Shown: positions 49,030-61,218 of the stretch, piece by piece
Layout: each line of letters begins with the position of its first letter
How positions within the stretch are numbered: position 1 is the first letter of the stretch
Origin: Spizellomyces punctatus DAOM BR117
Taxonomy: Eukaryota
NCBI GenBank assembly: GCA_000182565.2
Contig: KQ257464.1
DNA length: 64,000 bases
Reading direction: 5' to 3' (one strand)
Position numbers and translations under genes: made by a program
Notes under the pieces: generated by a model
Told to the model about the DNA's origin: nothing
Database searches by the model: none
The model's input: the letters and a program-made list of their open reading frames with translations, nothing else

Positions 49030-50916
49030 ATGCCACCAAAAAAGAAGCAAAAGCTTGAAAACCCTACTTGCTTACATACCTGCAACAAGACTTCCTTTGC
49101 AAAAGCTTTCCTGCCAAACGACATCTACCGCCAACGGCTTTTAGATTACATCGCCATCATCCATCAACTTGCTGACCATGCTTCCCACGCTCTCAAATTC
49201 TACATCCTATCTGCACCATCCTTTCCCACGTTAGATCAAGATACAATCGAAGCGATTCTCTATCTTCTCAACAAAGGAGAGGCTTGGCAACCAAAAGCTG
49301 ATGCAAAGAAGGCGCTACGTGGATGCTTGGTGCCATATATTCGTCGGTACTGCCACATCGTCAGCTTCGTTCATCCAAATCTACAAAAAGAGCAGCAGTC
49401 AATCAATTACCTGACAGCGAGTATGATGACGAACCTGAAAGTCAACGTTCAAGAGCATTTCATGCAGATGCTCCTTCGGTATATCAATCTGCGGCTCGAT
49501 GTGAAGGGACAGAAGCAGCGACTGCCACTGAAAAGCGATGCACGGAAAGCTTTCTTTACTCGACTACGCTACTTAAAGTCAGTTTTTCTTTTTGATATCG
49601 TGCCCGAGTCGCTGGATGACTTGACCGCTGAAGAGAGTGAGCTTCTAGAAGAGATGTGGTCCTTCATTCCCCTTTCCGACCAGCCGCTCGCATATTCGGT
49701 TGCTGTTGACCCTCTCGCTTTCTTTCCTGCTTACTGCAAACTCTCTGTGCTGTATGAACGACATGGCTTCCGTCGGTTCAGCGCAATACCTCTTCGTCGG
49801 TCTCTGATTCAGTCCCATATTCGCATCGACACGGTCATCCTGTACCAGCATATCCTTTGCATCACGCGACGGGAAGCGGAAACTGTTGAAAAGGTCGACT
49901 TATGGTTGCGCATCTGTAATCTGCGGAACAAGGCTTTTAGATCTCGTCGTGGAATGTGTTTTGAAGGCTCGATCACGACAGACGGTACCTCGGTGTCAGT
50001 TTACTTGAAACATCCTGAAGCTGACAAGTATGGAAAGCGCAGCGGCGGAGGGAAAAAGTCAGCAAACACAATGGAGGCAGAGGTTAAAGCGCAATATGTG
50101 GAGAAAAACTTACCTGCTTGTCGAGTAGCAGAGAATGTTGTTGTTATCGACCCAAACAAGCGCGACATTCTCTACTGCCAAGACAGCATTGGTACAACAT
50201 TTCGCTACACCGCCAACCAGCGAGCCATGGAGACAGGTAGCCGTCGACAGCAAAAGGAACGACAGCAGATGAAGAAGGGGGAAATTGACCTCATAGAATC
50301 ACGTATCCCTAGCCACAAAACAATGAACCTCATGGATTTTACTCGCTACCTTCTCGTTCGCCGCGCGGATTCGGATCGTCGCAAGGAATTCTACTCACAT
50401 CCTGCCCACACGCGGTGGAAGTGGCACTCCTTCATCAATCGGCAGCGAAGCGAATCAGACCTCATAAGCGCCATGCGCAACAAATACGGTGAAAACTTTA
50501 CCGTTGTGATGGGTGATTGGAGCGACGCCGGTCGAACTGCCAGATTTCAGACCTCATCAAAGACAAAAGGTTGGCGCACCCTCTTTAAGCGGAACAGGAT
50601 CAACTGCTTCCTTCTCGACGAGTACAAGACCTCATCTGTCTGCCCTCACTGTTCATCCGATGACTTCCTTGAAAAAGGCTTCAAAACACGACCTCATTCA
50701 AGACCTTGGCGACGACGAGAAGGCAATGTTGAAAAAGTCCATGGATTGCTGGGTTGTACCAACCCTAACTGTTTGCAGCAAGACTGGACATCGGGAATGC
50801 GCTACTGGAACAGGGACACACTGAGCACCTGCAATATGCTGATGATCGTGCAATCAATTATGGATGGACACGGTAGACCAGAGGTGTTCAGCAGGAGTGT
50901 TCCAGCCGTAGCGTAG
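49030..50916 (+). CDS. Fz1: Fanzor1 RNA-guided DNA endonuclease (eukaryotic TnpB/Cas12 relative), 628 aa, intronless
   Basis: NLS-like PPKKKQK; TDG motif; RuvC I VVIDPNKRD (D374), RuvC II LLDEYKTSSVC (E531), zinc finger CPHC...CTNPNC, RuvC III WNRD (D596). Closely resembles SpuFz1 as I recall it. Confidence 0.96.
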   Translation: MPPKKKQKLENPTCLHTCNKTSFAKAFLPNDIYRQRLLDYIAIIHQLADHASHALKFYILSAPSFPTLDQDTIEAILYLLNKGEAWQPKADAKKALRGCLVPYIRRYCHIVSFVHPNLQKEQQSINYLTASMMTNLKVNVQEHFMQMLLRYINLRLDVKGQKQRLPLKSDARKAFFTRLRYLKSVFLFDIVPESLDDLTAEESELLEEMWSFIPLSDQPLAYSVAVDPLAFFPAYCKLSVLYERHGFRRFSAIPLRRSLIQSHIRIDTVILYQHILCITRREAETVEKVDLWLRICNLRNKAFRSRRGMCFEGSITTDGTSVSVYLKHPEADKYGKRSGGGKKSANTMEAEVKAQYVEKNLPACRVAENVVVIDPNKRDILYCQDSIGTTFRYTANQRAMETGSRRQQKERQQMKKGEIDLIESRIPSHKTMNLMDFTRYLLVRRADSDRRKEFYSHPAHTRWKWHSFINRQRSESDLISAMRNKYGENFTVVMGDWSDAGRTARFQTSSKTKGWRTLFKRNRINCFLLDEYKTSSVCPHCSSDDFLEKGFKTRPHSRPWRRREGNVEKVHGLLGCTNPNCLQQDWTSGMRYWNRDTLSTCNMLMIVQSIMDGHGRPEVFSRSVPAVA

Positions 50917-50930
50917 ATTGGTTAGATTAG

Positions 50931-50994
50931 CTTTTCCGAACCGGTTATCGCCGGTTCAATCCCTGGTGCGGGTGCTAGTGCAATACCCATCCGC
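50931..50994 (+). ncRNA. Fanzor omegaRNA scaffold (3' end and guide hidden by gap)
   Basis: Starts 14 nt after the stop; hairpin GAACCGG-TTATCG-CCGGTTC, then AATCCCTGGTGCGGGTGCTAGTGC-AATACCC; overlaps the right TIR. Confidence 0.88.
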
Positions 50995-51094
50995 NNNNNN
51001 NNNNNNNNNNNNNNNNNNNNNNNNNNNNNNNNNNNNNNNNNNNNNNNNNNNNNNNNNNNNNNNNNNNNNNNNNNNNNNNNNNNNNNNNNNNNNN
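50995..51094. other. Assembly gap (100 N)
   Basis: Run of N. Confidence 1.
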
Positions 51095-51268
51095 CGTGCT
51101 AGCCAAGGTGGCACCGACGGTTGTCCTTTATCCAAAAAGCATAGAGCCCATCATTTTATAAAATTCCAATACCCAACCAAAACCTCATGTAAAAAAATTA
51201 TCAAAATACAAAAAAATAATAAACCCTCCACACCACACTCACAAAAAAAGAAACACATGTAGCACCTC

Positions 51269-54200
51269 TTATCCTCCACCCCTCCTCCGCTCTTGCAAAC
51301 GTCCATTCATACCCCTGGACACTGGCGCCCACCGCGGTGAAAGCTGCCCAGATCGATTCGATCCCCGGTACGCAGTGGACTCATTGGAATATGTACTTGT
51401 GCTCTCCCCATAATACCGGCCTGAACTCGACACCCGCTGCCGGTCTTCGTACGTATCCCGTTCGGTGCGATCGTCTTCTCGTGTGTATGCGTCCCGAAGA
51501 CTTCGTCGTTCCCTCAACATTTCCCTCCCAGAGTCTCTAGCAGGCTCTCTGGCCACCTCCCACCCCCGCTCCTCCTCACCCTCCCGCACCCTCAAATGAT
51601 GCAAAGAAGCCACCGCTTTTGCTAACCTCTCATTCTCATTCTCCAAAGCCAATTTCGCATCTTTAAGCCGTATCACCTCCTCCTCCAATTCCCTCATACG
51701 TGGGTCATCCTGTTCAAGGTCCAACAAATTCTCCCAGCTGCCTACCGCGCTACGTGATAAAATCGGTTCCGTGTCACCACAGAGTTCTGCGAAAAAATGC
51801 TGTTGGCTTTCGGATAGGGCTTGTTTCCAGTTACGTGCTAGTATCCTATATCATTCGATCCAGTCAGTGATGGTTTGGCACAAACTCCTTTGTGTTTATA
51901 CACGTACCGCATTCGAATGAGACTCCTCACGACATCCACACATCTCTTCAACTTGATAACAGGTTTGTCGGACCCGACGCCAGAGGGTTCAAGCCCCACT
52001 CCTGCCAATGTCGCTCTGTGACTTTGTACAGTTAAAGAGAGATACAATTTCTGGTACTTGAGGTCTGCTCGCCAGGTCGACAGCCTGTCAACCAGTGCGC
52101 GGAGGTAGAGAACCTCGGATATGAGCTGACGGCACTGTTCCTTAATACTACAAAAAAAGCACCCCCACAGATTCGGTGAGTACGATATAAACACTCGTAA
52201 CAAACACAATACAAAAAGGGGAAGCTTACCGAGACATGTCCACCTTGGCCACTTTGTCATCATTCTCCCCGAGAACAGCCATCACATCATGCCCAGACCC
52301 AGATACATCCCCAATGGTGTTCTTCAACGTCTCTCGTAACACAACCATCATCTCCCGACTACTCTGCCTGATCTTTTTCAATTCCTTTTGCAACAAGCCC
52401 ACCTCATCTCGTAAGCCTTCATCTCCCGCATCGCTTGGCGACTGGGTTTTCGCATCAGAAGGATGCCGACGGTCGACTAGACGCCCTCGCTCCTTTTCGA
52501 GCCGCAACACTTGAATTTCAGCACTACGCCGTGCGTCTTCCAAATGCTGAACACGTCCATCAAGCCGTCTGATTCGGTCATCCTTCTCAAGTGAAACCTC
52601 TTCCAAATGTCGTATTTGAGTTTCACCTTGCAAGATTTTTTCTTCCAGTCGTTCCTTGACACGACGGAAATCATCCACAATGCGATCTCGCTCTCTTTCC
52701 AAAGCGTCCACAAGTCCTTCAAGTGCCTTGCGCTCAGCAGTGTGCATCTCTTCTTGTGCACTAGCTGCCTCTTGATGCTCGAAAAACTGATTGTTCAGCT
52801 TATCTTCCAGTAGTTTGACATCACTTCGAGCCATTTCCGCATCCTTTGTAGCGGCATCCAATAAATCCACAAGCTCATCAAATTCTTCTCGCATACGAGC
52901 CTGAGCTGCTCGAGCTTTATCTTGTGCATGCATAGCATCCCGCTGCGTTCGGGTGATCAACTCACGTAATGCGGTATTCGCTTCCAGTTCATGTGTCCAC
53001 ACTCTTCGAAGCTCGTCCAACTGTCGCTGGAGCACCTTTTCATTTCCGTTCTGCCGTTGCGTAGACGTTGATTCTTGCGTCATGGATTGGAGAGCATCCT
53101 TCAAGACTTGTGTTTGCATGGCATGGTCCTTGAGCAATGCGTGTGAGTTCTCCAATTGCCGCTGGTACTGCTCGGCTGCTGCTGCCTTTTCGTACAAATC
53201 GGCATACTCGCCAGGCGTAAGGTGATAATTCCCTTCATGGTCAGAGACAGGACGTCCTAATCCACCTTTTGCTGTCGTGTCAATTAATGCCCCCACGGAA
53301 CTGAGTTCCTTTCCAAGAATGACATGCTGATCCTCGACATCATGCAGCTTTGTAATCAAAATATTTAGATCGTCCAAAATCCGCTTTGGCAGGCGCTCAT
53401 AGCCGCCCACTGTCGTGCTGCGCAATAGATCCAAAAATCCATCTTTCCTAGCTACCAGTGCAGCAACCGCCGACTGATAGTCTCCGACAACACCAACCAC
53501 GTGAGAGACTAGGCTTCGCATGTCCGCGATAGAGCTTGTGGCCACGTTCCCGGATGGTGTACGCTTCGCAGGACGCCTAACACGGCCCCCACGAGCCGCT
53601 AACCCATCCTCTTCGTCGTCAGCCTCATATGTATCAGTAGTGTGCCCATCGCGGTTACTCCGCAAATAAAGAGCCTTTTCCTCTGCCAATCGGGCGTCAA
53701 AATCTGCCGCCATGTGTCGAATCTGAGCAGACTTGGCTTCCACCATCTCGCGCAGACCATCAACTTCTTTCTTGAGCTCGTCCCGTGCTATTGCGGCGTC
53801 TTCCAATTGCAATACCCTACTTTGAAGGGCAGTGATTTCCTCTTCCAGTTTGACCACGAGTGCCCGCTTGTCGTCTAGCTCTTCCAGTACCAAATTGTTC
53901 CTTCGTAATTCAATCTCGTTTTCTCGTAGTACTTCATCCGCTTCTCCAAGAGCTCTCTCCAAGCTCTGGACGTCAGCTTCTAAGGTACTCGTTCTGACAT
54001 GTAGCTCATCAATCATCCGCGTTTTTTCCCGTACTTCACTTCTCATTAGGTCTCTCTCCTCAGTCAGCATCGTTACACGATGTCGCAATTGGTCGACGGT
54101 TGCTGCTGTCACGGGCGGCTGAGATAAATCTTTGGAGTGCAGTGTGTCATGGCTCACAGGCGACGTTGCACTGGTATCTGACATCTGGCTCTCGGACACT

Positions 54201-57200
54201 CTTTGCAAATCACGTTTGAGCACCTCCAAGGCGCGTTCCTTGCCCTCCAACTTGAGTTTCACATCGGCCAGCTCCATGGCCAAGGCACTCGACCGGTCCT
54301 GCTCTTCCCGCAGCTTCTCCAGCGCATCGGGGAGGCTCGAGTCTAGGCTGTGGGCCTGAGTAGCCTCATATAGCTCTTTGCTGACGCGCTGAACTTCTTG
54401 TCGCGCATTCTCCAACTCGGTAACGAGTCGAGCAGCCTCATCCCGGCTTTGTTGAACCAGCGCATTATGGCTCTTCTCCATGACCTCCTTCTCGCGTTCA
54501 AGTGCATCAACAGTCGCCCGTAATTGTCGTGACTCTTCTTCGCGTGAGGCAGACAACTCGATGGCCTCATCGAGCTGTCCTCGCAGCTCTGTTTCCACCC
54601 CCTCCAATTTCTTAACCCGCTGCTCCAGCTTGGTCTTTGCTTGCGAGACCGCATCATGTTCGGCGCGTATCTGGTGCAGCCGTTGCTCTACTTCCCCAGC
54701 TGATGCGAGAGACAAGCTTTGCATCTCGACCATGTCTCGCATCTTCCGAGCCAAATCGTTGATGCGCACCAAGAGACGCGTTCGGCTTGCAGTCAGCTCG
54801 TCTAGAGAGCCTTCTGGCGTCGACTCCCAATCAACTGGTGATTGCTCACCTCCACCCACAGCCCCAACGACCCCCTTCATCACATTAACGATATCTTGTA
54901 GCTTCAGTTTCTCCTCTTCATCCCGCTCAGCGAAGCTCTTGATCATAGCGGATTTCTCCTCTTCATGCGCATTCTTCTGTTCACCCATTCTAGTTCGTAT
55001 TTCCTCAAAACTAGTCTGCAAATCCTCCAAGGCCTTCTGAAGTTCCTGTACAAGGGCCCTCTCTTCCTCTAGCAGGCGACCATTTTGCTCCGTACTCTTC
55101 GTCAGAAGCTCGATTTCAGCTTCCAATACAGTATTACGGTGCGCAAATTCATCTTTGGTCGTCTGCAAGTCAATTAGCACTTTGCCTCGTTCATCGAGCC
55201 TGCTTTCGTAGTCCTCTTCTAGCATTGAGATTGTTTCTTCCATTTCGACCAGCTGCCCTTGAAGGGTCTGTACGATGGCAGTACTTCGATCGCGCTCTTC
55301 CATAAGTGAATGCCGCTCCTCTTCCAGAGCAGTCACTTGCGCCTGCAGTTCCTGTGTTCGTGCTTCCAGCACATCCCGCTCAGATGCCAACGTTTCGCGC
55401 TCTTGGGTGATTCTCAAAACTTGGGCGCCTACATCCTCTAATGATGACTGCGCGACAGCATGCCGCTGCTCAGCTTCTTTTTGTGCGGCGGATAATACCC
55501 CACGTTCCTGCTCCATTTGCGCTTCCAGCTCAGGTATCATTTGTTCAAGGGCAGCAACCTTCTCAAGCGCATCTTCCCGTTCCTTCCGGATAATCTCTGA
55601 GACAGTTTCAAGTTCTTGCCGCGCGGCAACTTGCTCGTTTGATGCGGTTTCCAGATCTGTCAACTTTTGTGATATCTCAGCAACAGAAAGCTGCTCTCGC
55701 TCCAATTCCTCTTGTAGATAGGCGATATGCGTTTCCCTTGCATTAAGGGATTGTAGCAAGCGCTCATTCTCTTCGCTTATTTCTCCTACTCTGGCATTGA
55801 CCTCTTCGATTCTTTGTTTCCACACCGAACGCTCTTTCTCTTCCTCATCCTTCCTCTGCCGGAAAGTATCCACGGTCTCCTTCAAAGAATCTAATTCTCT
55901 AATCAAAGCAGCCCGTTCCTCTTCACGAATATCAACTTCCTCGCGCAATGCTCCCTTTTCCTCTTCCAGTGTCATCACACGGGCTTCTAACTCTGTCATT
56001 TTGACAACGCCCTCCTCCATGGCGGTATGAACTCGTTTTCTTTCTACTTCCACAAGCTCAATCTGAGCCTGCAGCTCGTCACATTCTGCTGCCATCCGCT
56101 CGCGCTCCTGCAGCGCTGCGTCGCGTTCTTGGTGCAGACGCTCGATTTCTTCTGTCCTTCCATCAAACTTCTCCATTATTCTAGCTATTCGATCGTGCAG
56201 GCCATCCCGTTCGGCGACAAGTTCGTTGACTTCCGCTAGCCTGCGGTCTCTCTCTTCAGTAACTATATCGAGCTCCTTTTTCAGTTCCTTCGCCTTGTCC
56301 CCGCCTTCAGATACTAAATGATTATACCGCTCGTTCGCCTCAGCAAGTTGGGCTCGCAACACCCTATCGGCTTCTGCCATAGCCATCTGGAGCATCTCTT
56401 TTTCCTCGTTCAACATATCTAACGCCGCTTCAGCATCCGCTAGACCGGCACTCAGCTCCGTAACCTGTCGTGCAGCATTGTCTTTCTCCGTGGCGAACTC
56501 ACGAAGTTTGAGAACCAAGGCTTCTTTCTGAGCTGTTAGCGTTGCAATCTCTCTTTCGCGCGCAATTTTTTCTGGTTGCATGCCTTCAAGTAACTGTTCG
56601 AGTTCAGCTCTTGCAGCTACGACGGAAGCTAGTTGTTCCTGCGCTTCCATCAACTCTTTGATGGATTGGTCCCGCTGATCAAGTACCCCTTCAATTTCAA
56701 GGCTTCTTTCGCGGGTAATGGACGCAATAAGTTCCTCTCGTGCCTGAAGCTCCGCCTCCAACAAGCGCACACGGTCCTCCGTTGATTCTCTTTTCTGAAT
56801 CTCCTCCGCAAGTTGTTGTTGCAATGAATGGACTTCAACAGTCAACTCTTCCGCAGAAGCAGCCAATTGCTCTTCTTTCGCCGCATGCTCCTGAAGCTTC
56901 TGGTTCAAGGATTTGATGTCGTTGTCTTTTGCGGTAGATTCACTGGCTGAGCGGATTCGAAGATCTTCCAACTGTGCAGAGACTTCCTGGAGCTGTCTGG
57001 CCTTTTCGGCCAATTCGGCAGTAGCGTCATTCCGAACCACATCGAGCTGCGATTGTAAATCAGAGATCAAAGCTTGCCGCTCGTTCAACTCATCCATCAT
57101 CATCGACTGCGATCGGTGCAACTCCTCCTTATGGGTCGCGTCCACGCTAGATAATTCTTCAACCTTCCGTTCCAAGGCATCCTTTTCCAACACCGCGTCG

Positions 57201-59188
57201 GCCTTTTCTTTGGTCAGCTGAGTAATCTGCTTTTTCAGATCCGCCACTTGATCAGTTAAATCTCGCATGGTTTCCACGAGTGTGTTGGTATCTTCTGCTG
57301 CTCTCAACTCCCGTTCCTTGATGTTTTCCTTCATCAGGTCCATTTCAGTAAGGAGCTGCTCACGTTCCGTGCGTAAATATTCTACGTCTGATTCCAACTG
57401 TTGGAGTTTACTTTCAGCCTCAGCATTGGCCGAGAGCAATGTGGGGTACTCGTTCCGCACACGTTTCACCTCCTCCTCCAACTCACGTACTCGTATTGTC
57501 ATCGCTTCCTTTTCTCGTGTCGCAGCAGCGCTGCGCCCGCTCATATCCTCTAGCAGCTTCCGCATGTTTCCTACGACCGTGACGTGTTGCCGTCGTATTG
57601 CTTCATTGTCTTGAGCCAGTGTCTGAACTTGCATCTGTAGCTCGCCCTGTGTGCTACTCAGCTCTTCCATTTGCGATGCGTGGGCGTCACGGTCTGCCAT
57701 CAATGTCGCATTTTCGTCGCGTAATGTAGTGACCTCTGCCTTGCATTGCTCGTACTCTTCAGTGATGGCCTGCAGCTCCTCCTTCAGCTTTTGCACCTGA
57801 GAAGTCAATTCGTCTCGTTCTAAAACCAGATCAGCATCGGGCACTGTGGAGGGCCCACTAGACGCCGCTGTGGCAGCTTTGCTTGCTAACAGCTCGTTCT
57901 CCGTAGCAAGGTCGCCATGCGCTTTCTCTAACACAGCCAGCTGCTGCCTGATTTCCGTAATTTCGGACGCTTGCTCCTTGGTAGTTTCTTTGGCATTTGC
58001 AAGCTGATTGCGCAAGTCTTCGATCACTCCCGTTTGTTCTTCGGACGACGTGGCTGCTCCCTGCCCAGCCACCGCCTGCATCCGTTCCAGCTCGCCCCGT
58101 ACTTCCTCCAACTCTGTTGCTTGCTGCTGAATAGTATTTTGTGCACTATCCAGTTGACTTCTTGTCATCTCTAGATCGGCATTCAACTGGGCGCTGTCAT
58201 GATCTACAGATCCGGGTACTTCTGCCGATTGCAGCTGAGAAAGCTCCAACTCCAATTGCTTTATCTTACTCTCGCCCGCAAGCTTCTCCTTTCTAAATAT
58301 CTCCGCATCCTCCCGCATCTGCTGTATCATCTCCAGTGCTTCATCTGAATGTTGTTGTTGCTCCGTGCGCCCTTGTCGCAGATTTTCGTTTTCCTCCTTC
58401 AGCGCTTCCAGCTGCTGTGCCAGTGTGTCCGTTTCATCCAATCTGGTTCGCAGTTGCTGAAGCTCCCGACTAAGCTCGGTACGCTCAGCTTCTGCTTCTG
58501 TTGCAGCACTGCGAGCTTCTTCGAGGTGCGCTGTCAGTTCCGCAATCCGCCCGTCCATATCCGCTGCGACTTCCGCTTTCTCCTGTGGAACACCATGCAC
58601 CTCGAATTGTTTCATCTTCTCCTTGAGCTCCCGATTCTCGTTGGAAAGCTCCCGCATGCGTCTCGCCAAATGTTGATTGTCTGAAGCAAGCTCCCTTACT
58701 CGCTGTATCAGGTCTGGCTCGGCGGGTGGAGGTGGTGTAGCTATTCTTTGTACATTGGGAGGAAATGTGGGCACAGGCGAGCCAGATCTGGGTGGATCCG
58801 TTCGGTTTCGCAGACCTGTGAGGGTTCCCAGTGGCGACGCTGACCTGTTCCAAGACCGCATGAGCATCTTTCTCTCACTTAGAGCCATCCAGAAGAAATC
58901 TAACACATTCTACCACTCCACTTTCACATCCTAGACATACCTCTCATCAGCTGCGATACTGCTCGTGGATAACATACTTCCTGTTCGCGGCCGGCCGCCA
59001 GCATCCGCATGTAAATTCTCCACTGAGCTTTCCGGAGACACAACTCTCGAGTCGGGTGGCGACCCAGCCGTTTCGCTCGGCGTAGCACTCGTGGACCGTG
59101 GGAGGCCAGCAGCTCGTTGCTTCTGGTATTTTGCCAGCTTCTTTTTTGCTGCCGCGAGCTTTTGCTCGCGCATCGATGACGTGTACAT
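51269..59188 (-). CDS. Giant centrosomal coiled-coil protein with PACT domain (pericentrin/AKAP9/Pcp1-like)
   Basis: >2200-aa coiled-coil exon; N-terminal REQKLAAAKKKLAKYQKQR; C-terminal WRADLKYQKLYL...KLKRCVDVVRSLIRMR|ILARNW. Confidence 0.75.
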
Positions 59189-59478
59189 GGTGAAAAGTAG
59201 ACGGGGTGCAATAGCACCCACTTCTTACGTGGTATGCTCCACCTGCCTTAGGAACTAGATTGTAAAGACAGGCAAGCGACAAGATTGCGTTCCAAAACCG
59301 GAAATGGCCAACCTGTGCTCATGACATGCTTGAAGGACCGCGATATGCTCACGTGACTTGTGATCAGGGGAACCCCAGCCCTTGAGGATCAAAATGGGAG
59401 CATATCAAGGATTTATTTACGGAAATTTGGCATAACACCTCATATGTAGAGTATGCTTGTCGGGCATATCAGCGCACC

Positions 59479-60745
59479 CTAATAGTATCCCCTCTTTGCG
59501 CAAAATTCTCTAAGCGCCTTTGTTTGGATGTTCATTTTCTCCACAGCAAACCATCCATCAAAACGGTCTCTCTTCACCGTTGTCTTGCCAGTTGCGTCAA
59601 TTCGCATGTTTACGTGCACAAAGCTGCCTACAGATCTCTCGTCTTCCATCGTAGCCAGCAGGCATTGCATAGCACCTCCCCCATCTCCCCGCTCCGCCAT
59701 CTCGGTGTGTCCATGGTCTTACACTCGCCACAGACCCCGTCTTCAACAACAACTTGCCGTGTTCGCTGGGAGGAAGGCGTTGCTAAAGGCAGCTCCTCAA
59801 AATGTTTTCCAGTCGGTCTCCAAAGCTTGCCCTTACTGTGGTAGTGATAGTGTCCAGATGAAACGAAATTCGTCAGTTCCGCAGCAATGCTCTTGATTGT
59901 GGCCCGGATGCTATTACGATGTAGACATTCCTGCATCCAGTGCGTCGTGTGACTTACAGCACCCTGTGTGGCGAGGAGTCTGGCTGAAATCTCGGAAATG
60001 GCGTCGTGAAGGTTTATGGAGTGTCGTCGGGGAAGCTCTATGATGGGGAGGTTGTCAGGATGATGGGTTCTATGATTATCTGGCGTTGCACTTGAACCCT
60101 ACTGAATATGTGAACATCGAAATACAACGCCATACACTCTGAAATAAACGTTCCTTACCGGTTGTACGCTGGGGGATGTCGGCAGGCCTTCGCTATCTCG
60201 TATACTTCTCTGAGAGATGGGTTCACGTACCTAGATATCATTACGTAAGCAGGGACAACGAGAGGTAACAAGGCTCTTGTCAAGTCACACAACACTACCA
60301 GAGGTGACAACGGAGACGGCGTAGACCCAACCCGGATAGTCGTAAATTGCCGGCTTGAGCTCGCTTCCCTCCTCTGCTCCAGTTTAATAGGTGTGCTATC
60401 GTCTCCGAGTAGAGGTACCGGGGTGGCAGCGATCGGCGTCCGCGATACAGGTGTTTCAGCGCCTCTTAAATCTATCCGAAAGACAAGTGGATTTGTCTTT
60501 GTCCTCTCTATCAACTCCTTCACATTAGAGCCTTCAAAAGGACTGTCATCGAGGAAGAAGGTCAATTTCTCTGCGTGTCTGTCCAATCGATTCCATTCTG
60601 CGATTCGGAGGACGATCTGTGCCCAGTTGTCTTGATAGGCACTGACGGGGAGGAGGATAGGTTCTGGAATGTCGTCACGCCGTATGCTTATTAGTTCCAT
60701 TATTTGACGAGCAAAGTCTACGGAGGAAAGTAAAATGGCATCCAA
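59479..60745 (-). CDS. GATA zinc-finger protein (structure uncertain)
   Basis: CGECKTMDTPRWRSGEMGEVLCNACWLRWK; linkage to the upstream ORF 60155-60745 is inferred. Confidence 0.55.
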
Positions 60746-61218
60746 AGCATGTCGTTGTTTGGGGCTGCGCTTGTGTGCTTTTGATGAGTCATCGCGCTCA
60801 GGGTTTCATTGGAATTTACAATATCCAATGCAAGATATCATTGCATTCATGCGTCGCAGACATGCGCAGACATCAAAAGAGACGAGCAAGCGTCCACAGA
60901 CATTGCAGCAACAGGCTGGCGAAATATCTAATCCATCGGACGTCATTGCAGCTGATTAAAGGGCTGTCTATAGGAAATCTCCGATCCCTTCCAAATAACC
61001 TTTTGTTTTCGCGGGTAACTCTTTATCCCAGTAACCAGGAATACAAAAAACCTCCGAAAATATCAGGAATGTTAGGCTTCATGCTTACACACAAAATCTT
61101 TCTCTATGGTGAAATATCCAAAATGATAGATAATTGCACCCCTGTATAAACAAGACAACAAAAAGCATGTCATACAAAAAAGGACCCCACTGTATTTGCA
61201 ACTAACCAACGACAACAT

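Larger units (their letters stand above)
48868..50994 (+). mobile_element. Fanzor1-encoding non-autonomous TIR DNA transposon (SPu-1-like); right end lost in gap
   Basis: Left end CATA|GTGCGGAGCCGATGGGTATTGGCACTAGTAC; partial inverted copy GTGCTAGTGCAATACCCATCCGC at 50972-50994; the only long ORF is Fanzor. Confidence 0.9.

Noticed and set aside
49030-50916. Bacterial contamination, or a Cas12/IS605 TnpB call
   Set aside because: Contiguous with intron-containing fungal genes; NLS-like N-terminus, TIR/TA ends and Fanzor1-type sequence; no TnpA or CRISPR array.
52236-58934. Many plus-strand S/C/R-rich ORFs opposite the giant coiled-coil gene
   Set aside because: Antisense shadows of a codon-biased long exon.
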